NCBI GenBank assembly: GCA_963665125.2
Contig: CAXXUK010000001.1
Span: forward strand, 192,001 to 256,000
Source of the DNA: an uncultured Desulfarculus sp.
GTDB lineage: Bacteria; Desulfobacterota; Desulfarculia; Desulfarculales; Desulfarculaceae
DNA: 64,000 nucleotides
Direction: 5' to 3'
Positions 1 through 8,556 of this stretch are shown here, in pieces. The notes under the pieces were generated by a model, which was not told where the DNA came from, searched no databases, and was given only the letters and a program-made list of their open reading frames with translations. Position 1 is the first letter of the stretch. Every line of letters starts with the position of its first letter. Made by a program: the position numbers and the translations under genes.

Positions 1-2
1 CC

Positions 3-1040
3 AAAACCGCCTTTGAAAAAATGAATTATGCCGCCTTGGCAGGGAAATACGGTGTGAAGCTCATGGACCTCAACGATGAGGAATTCGTCAAGGTCCCCCT
101 GGGAGGCTTCTCCCTTTCGCTCTCCAAACCGATTCTTGAAGCTGATTTCCTCATTAACGTACCCGTACTGAAAACACATGAACAGACCAAAGTAACCCTG
201 GGTTTTAAAAACAACAAGGGCTGTATCAATGCCAAGTCAAAATCAATTTGCCATCACCGAAAGCGGCCTTTGGATGCATTTGTTTCGCGCCTGGGGGCGA
301 GGCTCTATCCACACCTTACGCTGATCGACGGCATCTATTCTCTGGAATACGGGCCCATGCATATGGGTGCCGCGCATAGGGAAAACCTGATCATAGCCAG
401 CCGGGACATGTTGAACTGTGACACCGTGGGGTCCGCCTTGATGGGATTTGAGCCTTCCGATGTCTCTCATCTGCGGGAGTTTGCCGAGGAAAACGGCCGC
501 ACTCAGGAGATGGACAAAATAGAAGTAAGGGGATTGGGTTTATCTGAAAATATCCACAAGATCAACCACATAGACCATAGCGACCCCTGGCACAAGGGGA
601 GCGACATTCCCGGCTTTTTTGAAAAAGCGGGAGTCAAGGGCTTCCGCCTGCCTCACCCCGGCCAAACATTGTGCACCGGATGCTCGATGTTGTTCCCCGT
701 ATCGGTGCTGTTGATCATCGCCGGGGCCGTGATGTCCGGTGGCGAACCATACGATGATTTTGAGTTGCTGGGGGGCAAGACGGTGACACCCTCCGGCCAT
801 GCAAACAAGACATTCCTGCTTGGCGATTGCATCATCGCCGCAAACAGACAACAAGAGGGAATCAACCAAGCCGTGCCCATACCCGGTTGTCCGGCAAATC
901 TCGAATCGCTGGTCGAGACAATGAACGCAAACGGCGTGATGGGCACGTTGGATGTCGTCAGTTACTACTTCCACAAAAAATTTAAAAGCTACGGCAAAAA
1001 GCCGGAACTGTATCAGATGGAGCATTTTTCCATTGCTTGA
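3..1040 (+). CDS. DUF362 domain-containing Fe-S protein (5'-truncated by window edge)
   Basis: Frame is open from position 3. FLINVPVLKTH..VTLGFKN.KG and LIDGI..LE.GP are DUF362 motifs; C-terminal CTGC/GDC/PGCP cysteines. Confidence 0.75.
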   Translation, partial: KTAFEKMNYAALAGKYGVKLMDLNDEEFVKVPLGGFSLSLSKPILEADFLINVPVLKTHEQTKVTLGFKNNKGCINAKSKSICHHRKRPLDAFVSRLGARLYPHLTLIDGIYSLEYGPMHMGAAHRENLIIASRDMLNCDTVGSALMGFEPSDVSHLREFAEENGRTQEMDKIEVRGLGLSENIHKINHIDHSDPWHKGSDIPGFFEKAGVKGFRLPHPGQTLCTGCSMLFPVSVLLIIAGAVMSGGEPYDDFELLGGKTVTPSGHANKTFLLGDCIIAANRQQEGINQAVPIPGCPANLESLVETMNANGVMGTLDVVSYYFHKKFKSYGKKPELYQMEHFSIA

Positions 1041-1084
1041 AAGTAATGGGCATGAATCCATGCCATGAATGGGAAGGTTAAAAA

Positions 1085-2686
1085 ATGATGGCAAAACCGG
1101 AACGCATGATGGACGCATTGGCATATAACGCCGCCAACAACCCCAACGATGTTGCCATTGTCTGCGGGGAAATGAACTACACCTGGGCCGAGTACGACAA
1201 ACTCACCGATACGGTGGCGGCAAACCTTTTAAGACGTGGCATCAAGCGTGGCGACAAGGTGGCGCTAAACGCTCCGAATATACCTGAATGGCTCATGACC
1301 TATTTGGCTTTGAGCAAAATAGGAGCCTGCGTGGTGGCGCTCAATGTCAGGTTCCGCCAACAGGAGTTGCAATACACCCTTAATCAGTCCGATTGCGTGG
1401 CCATGATTTCCATCGGCTTGATGAAATCTCCATATGGAGATTTCGACTTTGTGGAGTATCTGGGCGGTCTCAGGGGAAAATTTCCGGATGTTGCGCAATA
1501 CTTTTTCATTGGCGGCGTTGGAGATCACGGATTTCAGGGTGCCATTGACTTTACGGAGTTGCTTGAAGCGCCGTCAAAGGAAGACATGCAAACCCTGAAT
1601 GCGGCCAAGGGTGAGGTGACCGGCGGCGACCCCATGGTGATAATTTTTACCTCCGGCACCACCGGTAAACCCAAGGGCGCGGTGATAACGCAAAAGTCCC
1701 AGATAGAATGCGCCTATGCGGAAGCGGTGCACTTGAAGGCCGATTCGAACGATTCGATGGTGGTCGCCCAGCCGTTAAACCACGTAGCCGGAATAACCTG
1801 TGCCGTGGTGGCCCTTATGCTCAGCGGAGGCAAGGTTATTCTGCAACCGTTTTTTGTCCCCTTCCAACACATTGAATTGCTCAAACAGCATCAGCCGACC
1901 TTTTTTGGCGGCGTGACAACCATGATTGCCTATGTTTTCAAGGACAAAACCTTTACACGGGATGCCGTAAAGGGCGCCCGCCTTGCTCTTACGGGCGGCA
2001 GCAACGTCGAACCGGAACTTATGGAGCAAATGTTAGCCAATTTGCCCCAATGCAAAATGGTAAATCTTTACGGTCTGTCTGAATGCTCCGGCGGGGTGAT
2101 CATGAGCACTATGGATGATGATCGCGAACTGCTTCTGTCTTCGATCGGCAAACCATTGCCTGGGCATGAGGTAAAGATTGTGGATGGTGAAGGCAATTTC
2201 CTGCCGCCGGGAGAAATCGGAGAAATCGTCTTGACCGGCGGTTCGGTTGGCGCGGGCTACTACAACATGGCCGACGAGACGGCAAAAACTTTTTGTCCCT
2301 TTGGCCTTATGACCGGCGACATGGGTTATGTCGATCAAAAAGGCTATGTCTTTTTAAAAGGCAGAAAAAAGGAGATGTATATTCAGGGCGGCTACAACAT
2401 ATATCCGGCGGAGATCGAAAACGCCCTGACCAATCATCCGCAGGTGGTCATGGCGGCGGGAATTGGCGTTCCCCATGCGGAACTGGGAGAGGTCGGAAGA
2501 GTGTATGTCGTGCCCGTCCAGGGCTCAGGCATCGATCAGAACGCCCTGGTCGATTACCTCAAACAGCACATTGCAAATTACAAAATTCCCCGGCAGTTCG
2601 TTTTTGTCGATGATCTCCCCTTGACTCCGACCGGGAAGGTGGCCAAGGCGCAGATAAAGAGTGAATACCTCGCGGAACATGGCTAA
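1085..2686 (+). CDS. AMP-forming acyl-CoA synthetase (class I adenylate-forming enzyme)
   Basis: FTSGTTGKPKG, YGLSE, TGDMG, GRKKEM, PTGKV motifs. Confidence 0.93.
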   Translation: MMAKPERMMDALAYNAANNPNDVAIVCGEMNYTWAEYDKLTDTVAANLLRRGIKRGDKVALNAPNIPEWLMTYLALSKIGACVVALNVRFRQQELQYTLNQSDCVAMISIGLMKSPYGDFDFVEYLGGLRGKFPDVAQYFFIGGVGDHGFQGAIDFTELLEAPSKEDMQTLNAAKGEVTGGDPMVIIFTSGTTGKPKGAVITQKSQIECAYAEAVHLKADSNDSMVVAQPLNHVAGITCAVVALMLSGGKVILQPFFVPFQHIELLKQHQPTFFGGVTTMIAYVFKDKTFTRDAVKGARLALTGGSNVEPELMEQMLANLPQCKMVNLYGLSECSGGVIMSTMDDDRELLLSSIGKPLPGHEVKIVDGEGNFLPPGEIGEIVLTGGSVGAGYYNMADETAKTFCPFGLMTGDMGYVDQKGYVFLKGRKKEMYIQGGYNIYPAEIENALTNHPQVVMAAGIGVPHAELGEVGRVYVVPVQGSGIDQNALVDYLKQHIANYKIPRQFVFVDDLPLTPTGKVAKAQIKSEYLAEHG

Positions 2687-2764
2687 AAAGGCAGTGGAAG
2701 CCGGCCCATTAGCCGAGGATATTTGGCATTAGTTCAAGCCAAACAACACAAGCCAATGGTTTCG

Positions 2765-2797
2765 AAGGGTTACGTCGCAAGGCGTAATCCTTTTTGT
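2765..2797 (+). terminator. Probable intrinsic terminator/attenuator hairpin with GCAA tetraloop
   Basis: AAGGGTTACGTC-GCAA-GGCGTAATCCTT: 12-bp stem with two G-U pairs followed by TTTGT, about 80 nt after the ligase stop. Confidence 0.6.
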
Positions 2798-3330
2798 CTG
2801 GATTCGCAGCTTGTTTTTATGTGTCCTAGTCACTAATTGCGTTGACAGTTTGGCCTTCCGCATCCAAACGGCCTTGCCCGCCACCAGTTCATTAAGCTGG
2901 TATGTCCTTGCAACCTCCGCTGGATAATCACTGTAATTGCCGCTTAACACCATGGCAAGCCAACCTTGACGACCAACCGCGGGGTCGATCACTCACCCCA
3001 ATCAACCCGGTTACGCACTTCTTGGCAAGGGTTGGATTGCCGTGAGGCCTCACCCTTTCCCCTGGCTTATAACTCCATTGTGGTGCCGTGAACTGACCAA
3101 TTGGATATGCATTGATTGACCGTGCATAAGTGAAAGGATTACTATGCCCCGAGAATGGTAAACAGGGCTTTCCGGCGTGATTTCGGTGGAAGAAGCCTCC
3201 AACGATCACAAATCTTAACGCCGGACGCCCATGCCGGAGCAAACATCATGCGCCGGACAGCACCAGTAAGCACAAACCAGAATACTTCGCGGCGCCAGCC
3301 GCATGATCTCGGGAAATGATGAGACGGGCC

Positions 3331-4545
3331 ATGGCCGATCAGCACCACACCCCGGCCGTCGTTGCCGAGAAGGCCTGCTCCTATGCCTGGGTGATCCTGT
3401 TCGCCATCTTCGTGGCCAGCGTCGCCGCGCCCATCAATCAGTTCAAGGTTCCGCCAGTAATGCCGGCCCTGATCTCCCAGTTTGATCTGAGCATGACCAG
3501 GGCCGGCCTCCTGATGTCGGTCTTCTCCTTTGCAGGCCTTTTGCTGGCCTTTCCCGCGGGCATGATCCTTTCGACTCTGGGGCAGAAAAAGACCTGCCTG
3601 CTGGCTCTGGGGGTCATCGTGGCCGGTTCGCTGTGGGGGGCCTTTGCCGCTGCCGACTGGGTGCTTTTAACGAGCCGGACCCTGGAAGGCGCGGGCATGG
3701 CCATCCTGGGCGTTAGCGCGCCGGTGGTTATCACCACCTGGTTCCCGCCGCGGCGGCGCGGCCTGGCCCTGGGTATATGGTCGGCCTGGGTGAGCACCGG
3801 CGTCATCGTGATGATGAACGCCTCGCCTCTGGTAACGCCAGCCGGACAATGGGTGCAGACCTGGTGGCTGGGCACCGGCGTGGCCGGGGTCGCCCTGTTG
3901 ACCTTCGCTGCGCTGCATCGAAACCCGCCGTTGAAAGAAGCCGCGACAGCGGGCGATGCGCCGTCGATGCGCTCGATGTTCGCCGAGATCCTGGCCAACC
4001 GCGACGTGTGGCTGTTATCCATCTCCCTGTTCTGCTTTAATATCATGGTGCTGGCCATGAATACCTTTTCCCCCACCTACCTGGCCAAGATCCACGGCCT
4101 GCCCATCAATACGGCCGATTTCTACTCCAGCATCGCCAACATGGTCATGCTGGTCTCCTGTCCCCTGGGCGGCTGGGTGGCCGACCGCACCGGCTCGCGC
4201 AAACGAATCTTCGCCTTTTGTCTGGCCCTGATCGCCGTTTGGTGGATGGTGGTCTTCCGGGCGCCGGTGGGGGCCATGCCTTGGCTGATGGCCGCCTTCG
4301 GCCTCTTGGGCGGCCCCATCATCACCACCATCATCACCGCCCTGTCCGAAGCGGTGAAACGGCCGGCGCTCCTGGGGTTCGGCATGTCCTTGCTGATGTT
4401 CTGGCACCACCTGGGCGAGTTCGTGGGCCCGGTGGTCTTTGGCGGCATTCTCGACATGACCTCCAGTTGGACCATGGCCGCCGCCGGCATGGTGCCGGTG
4501 TGCCTGGTGGGGGGGGTGGCCGGATGGTTGATGCGAATCAAGTGA
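3331..4545 (+). CDS. MFS transporter (CynX/NimT-like); alternative start 3316
   Basis: About 12 hydrophobic segments, GWVADRTGSRK loop motif, WFPPRRRGLALG. Confidence 0.88.
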   Translation: MADQHHTPAVVAEKACSYAWVILFAIFVASVAAPINQFKVPPVMPALISQFDLSMTRAGLLMSVFSFAGLLLAFPAGMILSTLGQKKTCLLALGVIVAGSLWGAFAAADWVLLTSRTLEGAGMAILGVSAPVVITTWFPPRRRGLALGIWSAWVSTGVIVMMNASPLVTPAGQWVQTWWLGTGVAGVALLTFAALHRNPPLKEAATAGDAPSMRSMFAEILANRDVWLLSISLFCFNIMVLAMNTFSPTYLAKIHGLPINTADFYSSIANMVMLVSCPLGGWVADRTGSRKRIFAFCLALIAVWWMVVFRAPVGAMPWLMAAFGLLGGPIITTIITALSEAVKRPALLGFGMSLLMFWHHLGEFVGPVVFGGILDMTSSWTMAAAGMVPVCLVGGVAGWLMRIK

Positions 4546-4567
4546 CGGCGGACGGAAAGGACAGCGC

Positions 4568-5704
4568 ATGGAAGTGAGCAAGAGCCGGCAGGCGGACCGG
4601 CTGACCATAGCCCTCAGCGGCAGGCTCGACGCCGACAGCGCACCGGCCCTGGAGGCGGTCCTGGCCGGCGGCCTGGACGGCGTCAAGGAACTGGTATTGG
4701 ATTTGGCCGACCTGGCCTACCTCTCCAGCGCCGGTCTGCGGGAGATCCTGGTGGCCGGCAAGGCCATGGCCGCACGGGGCAGCATGCGCATTGTCGAGGC
4801 CTCCAAGGAGGTCATGGATATCTTCAGCGTCACCGGTTTCCTGAATATGTTCGACATCACCCCGGCCCTGAGGCAGATCTCCATCAAAGGGCTGCCCCTC
4901 ATCGGCCGCGGCGTCACCGGCGAATGCTATCGGGTGGACGACGAAACCCTGCTCAAACTCTATTTCGAGCATGTATCCCCGGACATGGCCCTCAGGGAAA
5001 AGGCCTTTGCCATGGCCGCCTTCATGGCCGGGGTGCCCACCGCCATCTCCTATGACGTGGTGGCCTGCGGCAAGCGCAAGGGCATCCTTTATGAAATGCT
5101 CAACGCCGAGACCCTATCCCAGGTCATGGTGGCCCGCCCGGAGCGGCTGGAGCACTACGTCAAGCTCTTCGCCGACACCTGCAAGGAGGTCCACGCCACC
5201 ACGGGCGATCCGACAGTGTTTCCCAGGATCAAAAAGACATGCCTGGCGGCGATAAAGACGGTTGACTTTCTCGACGACGCCCAGCGCGCGCCGTTGCTGG
5301 CCCGGGTGGAGGAGATTCCCGACCCCGGCACCTGCGTGCATGGTGACCTGCACACCAGCAACATCCTGATGCAGGGGGAGTCGCCCCTGCTGATCGACAT
5401 GGGCGACTTCTCCATCGGCCATCCCATGTTCGACGTGGCCCAGGTCTTCAACATCTTCCACAGCAGCCGCGAGACCGGCATCTCCGAGAGGGCCGTGGGC
5501 ATGCCGCCCGAGATGGCCTTTCGGGTCTGGGAGCTTTTCGAGGAATACTACTTCGGCGCGCATGACCAGGCCGACCGGCGGAAGGTTAGGGAAGAGGCCG
5601 CCTTCTTCGGCTCCCTGCGCATGTTCATGTTCTACGATGCCTTTGGCAAGGATCAGGGCATGAAGAAATGGATCATGGAGCGGTTCATGCCCCTGTTCGC
5701 CTGA
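4568..5704 (+). CDS. STAS (anti-sigma antagonist) domain fused to an APH/phosphotransferase-fold kinase
   Basis: N-term LSGRLD...LDLADLAYLSSAGLR; C-term IGRGVTG, LLKLY, HGDLHTSNIL, LIDMGD. Confidence 0.82.
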   Translation: MEVSKSRQADRLTIALSGRLDADSAPALEAVLAGGLDGVKELVLDLADLAYLSSAGLREILVAGKAMAARGSMRIVEASKEVMDIFSVTGFLNMFDITPALRQISIKGLPLIGRGVTGECYRVDDETLLKLYFEHVSPDMALREKAFAMAAFMAGVPTAISYDVVACGKRKGILYEMLNAETLSQVMVARPERLEHYVKLFADTCKEVHATTGDPTVFPRIKKTCLAAIKTVDFLDDAQRAPLLARVEEIPDPGTCVHGDLHTSNILMQGESPLLIDMGDFSIGHPMFDVAQVFNIFHSSRETGISERAVGMPPEMAFRVWELFEEYYFGAHDQADRRKVREEAAFFGSLRMFMFYDAFGKDQGMKKWIMERFMPLFA

Positions 5705-5900
5705 GAGGTGACGCCGTCTTGCCCCGCCGGTTCGGGGTTCGCGAGGGCTGGGGCTTGGGCCGCCTTTGATCCGAACCGGTTAAATGAACCAGTGCTTATT
5801 TTGGCCTTGGAGCCGGAATGAGACGCTTGCTGCCCATTGCCGCCTCCTTAATCCTTGATCCATTTCCAACAAAACAAGTGGATATGTTCATGGGGGCAGG

Positions 5901-7463
5901 TCAATAACGTTTTCGCCCAAAGGGAATACCAAGTTTTTTCATTTTATTGCGCAATGTCGAAGGGTTGATTTTCAAGAGACCGGCCGCGCCGTCCGGTCCG
6001 TGGACTTTGCCTCCGGTGATGTCGAGCGCGTGGCTGATATGGCCGGCGATCATCTCGTCAAGCCCCAGGCTGCCTGCCGCATTTATTGAATCGAGGAGCC
6101 GTTTCGGGCCTGCCTTGCTGTCGGCGGCCCCCAAACCGGCACCCAGCTCGCTAAAGTCGAGCATGTCGCCCGTTCGTAGAATCAAGGCTCGTTCAATGGA
6201 GTTTTCAAGTTCCCTGACATTGCCCGGCCAATCATAGCTCATCAACAACTGCAATGAATTGGAGTCGATGATGGGGGCATCGGCGATTCCCATGTCCATG
6301 GATTTCTTTTGGATGAAATAGTGGGCAAGTGACGGTATGTCTGAACGCCGCTGCCGCAGGGGCGGGATATTGATGGGGAATACCCGGAGGCGGTAATAGA
6401 GGTCTTCGCGGAATTGGCCGCTGTTCAGCATGGACGGCAGGTCCTTGTGGGTGGCCGCGATGATTCTGATGTCCACGTCAACCGGCTCGTCGCCGCCCAC
6501 ACGCTCGATATACCTCTCTTGCAGCACCCGTAGCAACCGGACCTGCACCTCCGGCGGCAACTCACCGATTTCGTCAAGGAAAATGGTACCCCCATGGGCC
6601 CGCTCGAAGCGGCCCCGCCTTTGAAAGGAAGCCCCGGTAAAGGCCCCTTTTACGTGGCCGAACAATTCGCTGTCTATCAACGTGTCCGGGATGGCCCCGC
6701 AGTTGACCTGGATGAACGGGCCGTTGCGGCGGTTGGACAGGTTGTGGATCAGGTTGGCGATGACTTCTTTGCCCGTGCCGGTCTCTCCCAGCAGTAAGAC
6801 CGGGCTGTTTAGCGGAGCGACCTGGCGGACCTGATCGATTACCGGCTTGAGGCCGAAATCCGCTCCGACGACCTCCGCCCCGGCTTTGCGTTTCAATTCA
6901 TCCTGAAAATAACGGCTGTCGTCTTCCAGGAGTTCCTTGAGCCGGTTTAATTCTCGAAAGCGTAAATAGTTGCTCAGGGCGATGGCAAAGGGCTCGTTCA
7001 ATAGCGACAGCAGGCGGGCCTGTTCGTTGTCGTACGGGGCGATTTCTCCGCGGATCAAAACGAGGCTGCCCAGCATCCTACCTTGCAGCTTGAGAAACAT
7101 CTGCATGGCCGATGAGTCCGGTGTTCCCATTTTGTCGGCAACCGGCGCAATAACGTCGTCTTCGAGGATGCGTTCTACGCATCGCACAGTGGCCGCGAAT
7201 TCCCGGTTTCCATACCAGCTAATGATTTTGCCATGAGTGTTGCGGCTCTGGCGGACCTGGACCGATGAAAGCTCGCTGACTTGATCGGTCGCGGCGGCCA
7301 GGACGCTGGATATGCGCATGCCTGGGTCATATGTGGCCAGTGCCGCGGACTCCAGGGGAATCATCTCCCGAATCAGTCCTAAACAATCACCCAGGGCCTT
7401 TTCAATTTCCAAGCTGCCGCAGATCTTGAGGGTGATGTCCCGGAAAAACTGGTTTTCGTTCAT
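5901..7463 (-). CDS. Sigma54-dependent transcriptional activator, GAF + AAA+ + Fis HTH (FhlA/NifA-like)
   Basis: [39 protein letters not shown]-terminal HTH. TTG at 7469 is an alternative start. Confidence 0.93.
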   Translation of the reverse strand: MNENQFFRDITLKICGSLEIEKALGDCLGLIREMIPLESAALATYDPGMRISSVLAAATDQVSELSSVQVRQSRNTHGKIISWYGNREFAATVRCVERILEDDVIAPVADKMGTPDSSAMQMFLKLQGRMLGSLVLIRGEIAPYDNEQARLLSLLNEPFAIALSNYLRFRELNRLKELLEDDSRYFQDELKRKAGAEVVGADFGLKPVIDQVRQVAPLNSPVLLLGETGTGKEVIANLIHNLSNRRNGPFIQVNCGAIPDTLIDSELFGHVKGAFTGASFQRRGRFERAHGGTIFLDEIGELPPEVQVRLLRVLQERYIERVGGDEPVDVDIRIIAATHKDLPSMLNSGQFREDLYYRLRVFPINIPPLRQRRSDIPSLAHYFIQKKSMDMGIADAPIIDSNSLQLLMSYDWPGNVRELENSIERALILRTGDMLDFSELGAGLGAADSKAGPKRLLDSINAAGSLGLDEMIAGHISHALDITGGKVHGPDGAAGLLKINPSTLRNKMKKLGIPFGRKRY

Positions 7464-7524
7464 GATCAACAGTCCGCCATAAAGTGCTTAATAAGGTAAT
7501 AAGTGCCAAATAAGATAACAATAA

Positions 7525-7542
7525 ATTGCCGTATTAGGCAAT
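7525..7542. promoter_or_regulatory. Candidate upstream activator sequence (palindrome)
   Basis: ATTGCC-N6-GGCAAT lies 50-65 bp upstream of the -24 box at 7591, next to the divergent activator gene. Confidence 0.45.
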
Positions 7543-7590
7543 GCCGAAGCACTCCACTTATAACTCGCAGTTAATAAAAGATAAATAAAA

Positions 7591-7606
7591 TGGCATGGGG
7601 CATGCA
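7591..7606 (+). promoter_or_regulatory. Sigma54 (-24/-12) promoter of the crotonase-ligase-MFS operon
   Basis: TGGCATGGGGCATGCA has exact GG-N10-GC spacing, an AT-rich upstream tract and a divergent bEBP. Confidence 0.7.
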
Positions 7607-7694
7607 AAACGCTGTTCACGGCTTTGCCGATGTACGTGGTCCGCCGCCGGGCGGCCATGAATTTCCATAACCAGGTATCAGAGGAGATGCCCCA

Positions 7695-8402
7695 GTGGAC
7701 TACCAACACATCCTGTTTGAGGTGACTGACAACATAGCGGTGATAACCATGAACCGCCCCGAGTCGCTCAACGCCATCAGCTTGGACATGAAAAACGAAC
7801 TGGACGACGCCTTGGGTGAGGTCGAGAACAACGACGACATTCTGGTGGCCATTCTGGCCGGGGCCGGGCGGGCTTTTTCAGCGGGTCACGACAACAACGA
7901 CTCGCTGAGCTGCATGCCCAAGTTTGTGCGCATGCAAGAGGAGCGAAGGCTCTACAACCTGAGCAAGCCCATAATCGCCGCGGTCCAGGGATATGCCCTG
8001 GGCGACGGCCTGCAACAGGCCATATTGTGCGACATCATCATTGCCGCCGATGACGCGATCATGGCCTTTATCGGGCCCGAGGTCGGCGGGCTCTGCTACG
8101 GGTCCTTTACCGTGCTCCCGGCCATCATCGGACGTCAGCGGGCCAACGAATTGCTGTTTACCTGCAAGCGCGTATCCGCCGAAGAGGGCTACCGCATCGG
8201 CCTAGTCAACCAGGTGGTTCCCAACGACCAGCTTATGGATGCGGCAATGACCATGGCCCGCGCCATCGCCAAGCTTCCCCCCAAATCAATCCACTACACC
8301 AAACAGGCGCTCCGCAAGACCTTTGCCGATGAAAGCCACATGGCCGCCGTGGAAAAGGGTTGGGAAGACATTTTGAGCGGTCTGGACACCGCCGCGCACT
8401 AA
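7695..8402 (+). CDS. Enoyl-CoA hydratase/isomerase (crotonase) family protein
   Basis: ITMNRPESLNA, GRAFSAGHD, KPIIAAVQGYALG, IGLVNQVVP. GTG start with GAGGAG RBS. Confidence 0.9.
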   Translation: MDYQHILFEVTDNIAVITMNRPESLNAISLDMKNELDDALGEVENNDDILVAILAGAGRAFSAGHDNNDSLSCMPKFVRMQEERRLYNLSKPIIAAVQGYALGDGLQQAILCDIIIAADDAIMAFIGPEVGGLCYGSFTVLPAIIGRQRANELLFTCKRVSAEEGYRIGLVNQVVPNDQLMDAAMTMARAIAKLPPKSIHYTKQALRKTFADESHMAAVEKGWEDILSGLDTAAH

Positions 8403-8536
8403 CAGGTTGTTGAAAAAGTCCGTCCTGGCCTTTTTCAACTGCCAGTTGGCAAAAGCGTGGTTTCGCCAACTGGCTCAATTTGCTTGTTTTTGCAAAACCG
8501 CGCAAATTGGCGGGCTGCTATTCAATTGCCCGCCAA
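8399..8536. mobile_element. MITE-like multi-hairpin repeat, copy 1
   Basis: Begins CTAACAGGTTGTTGAAAAA at the crotonase TAA. About 115 nt align with 22935-23050. Four stem-loops. Confidence 0.7.
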
Positions 8537-8556
8537 CCTATCGAAAGGACCGTCAG

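Noticed and set aside
2723..2740. TTGGCA...GC as a sigma54 promoter
   Set aside because: Spacing is GG-N11-GC, not the required N10.
2800..3315. Short ORFs in the gap before the MFS gene (2729-2992, 2928-3242, MPREW at 3144)
   Set aside because: No recognisable homology or coding signal; cannot be supported.
8407..8556. 50-aa N-terminal extension of the ligase, and the similar ORF 22928-23227
   Set aside because: Both are translations of the MITE-like repeat; ATG 8557 has its own RBS.
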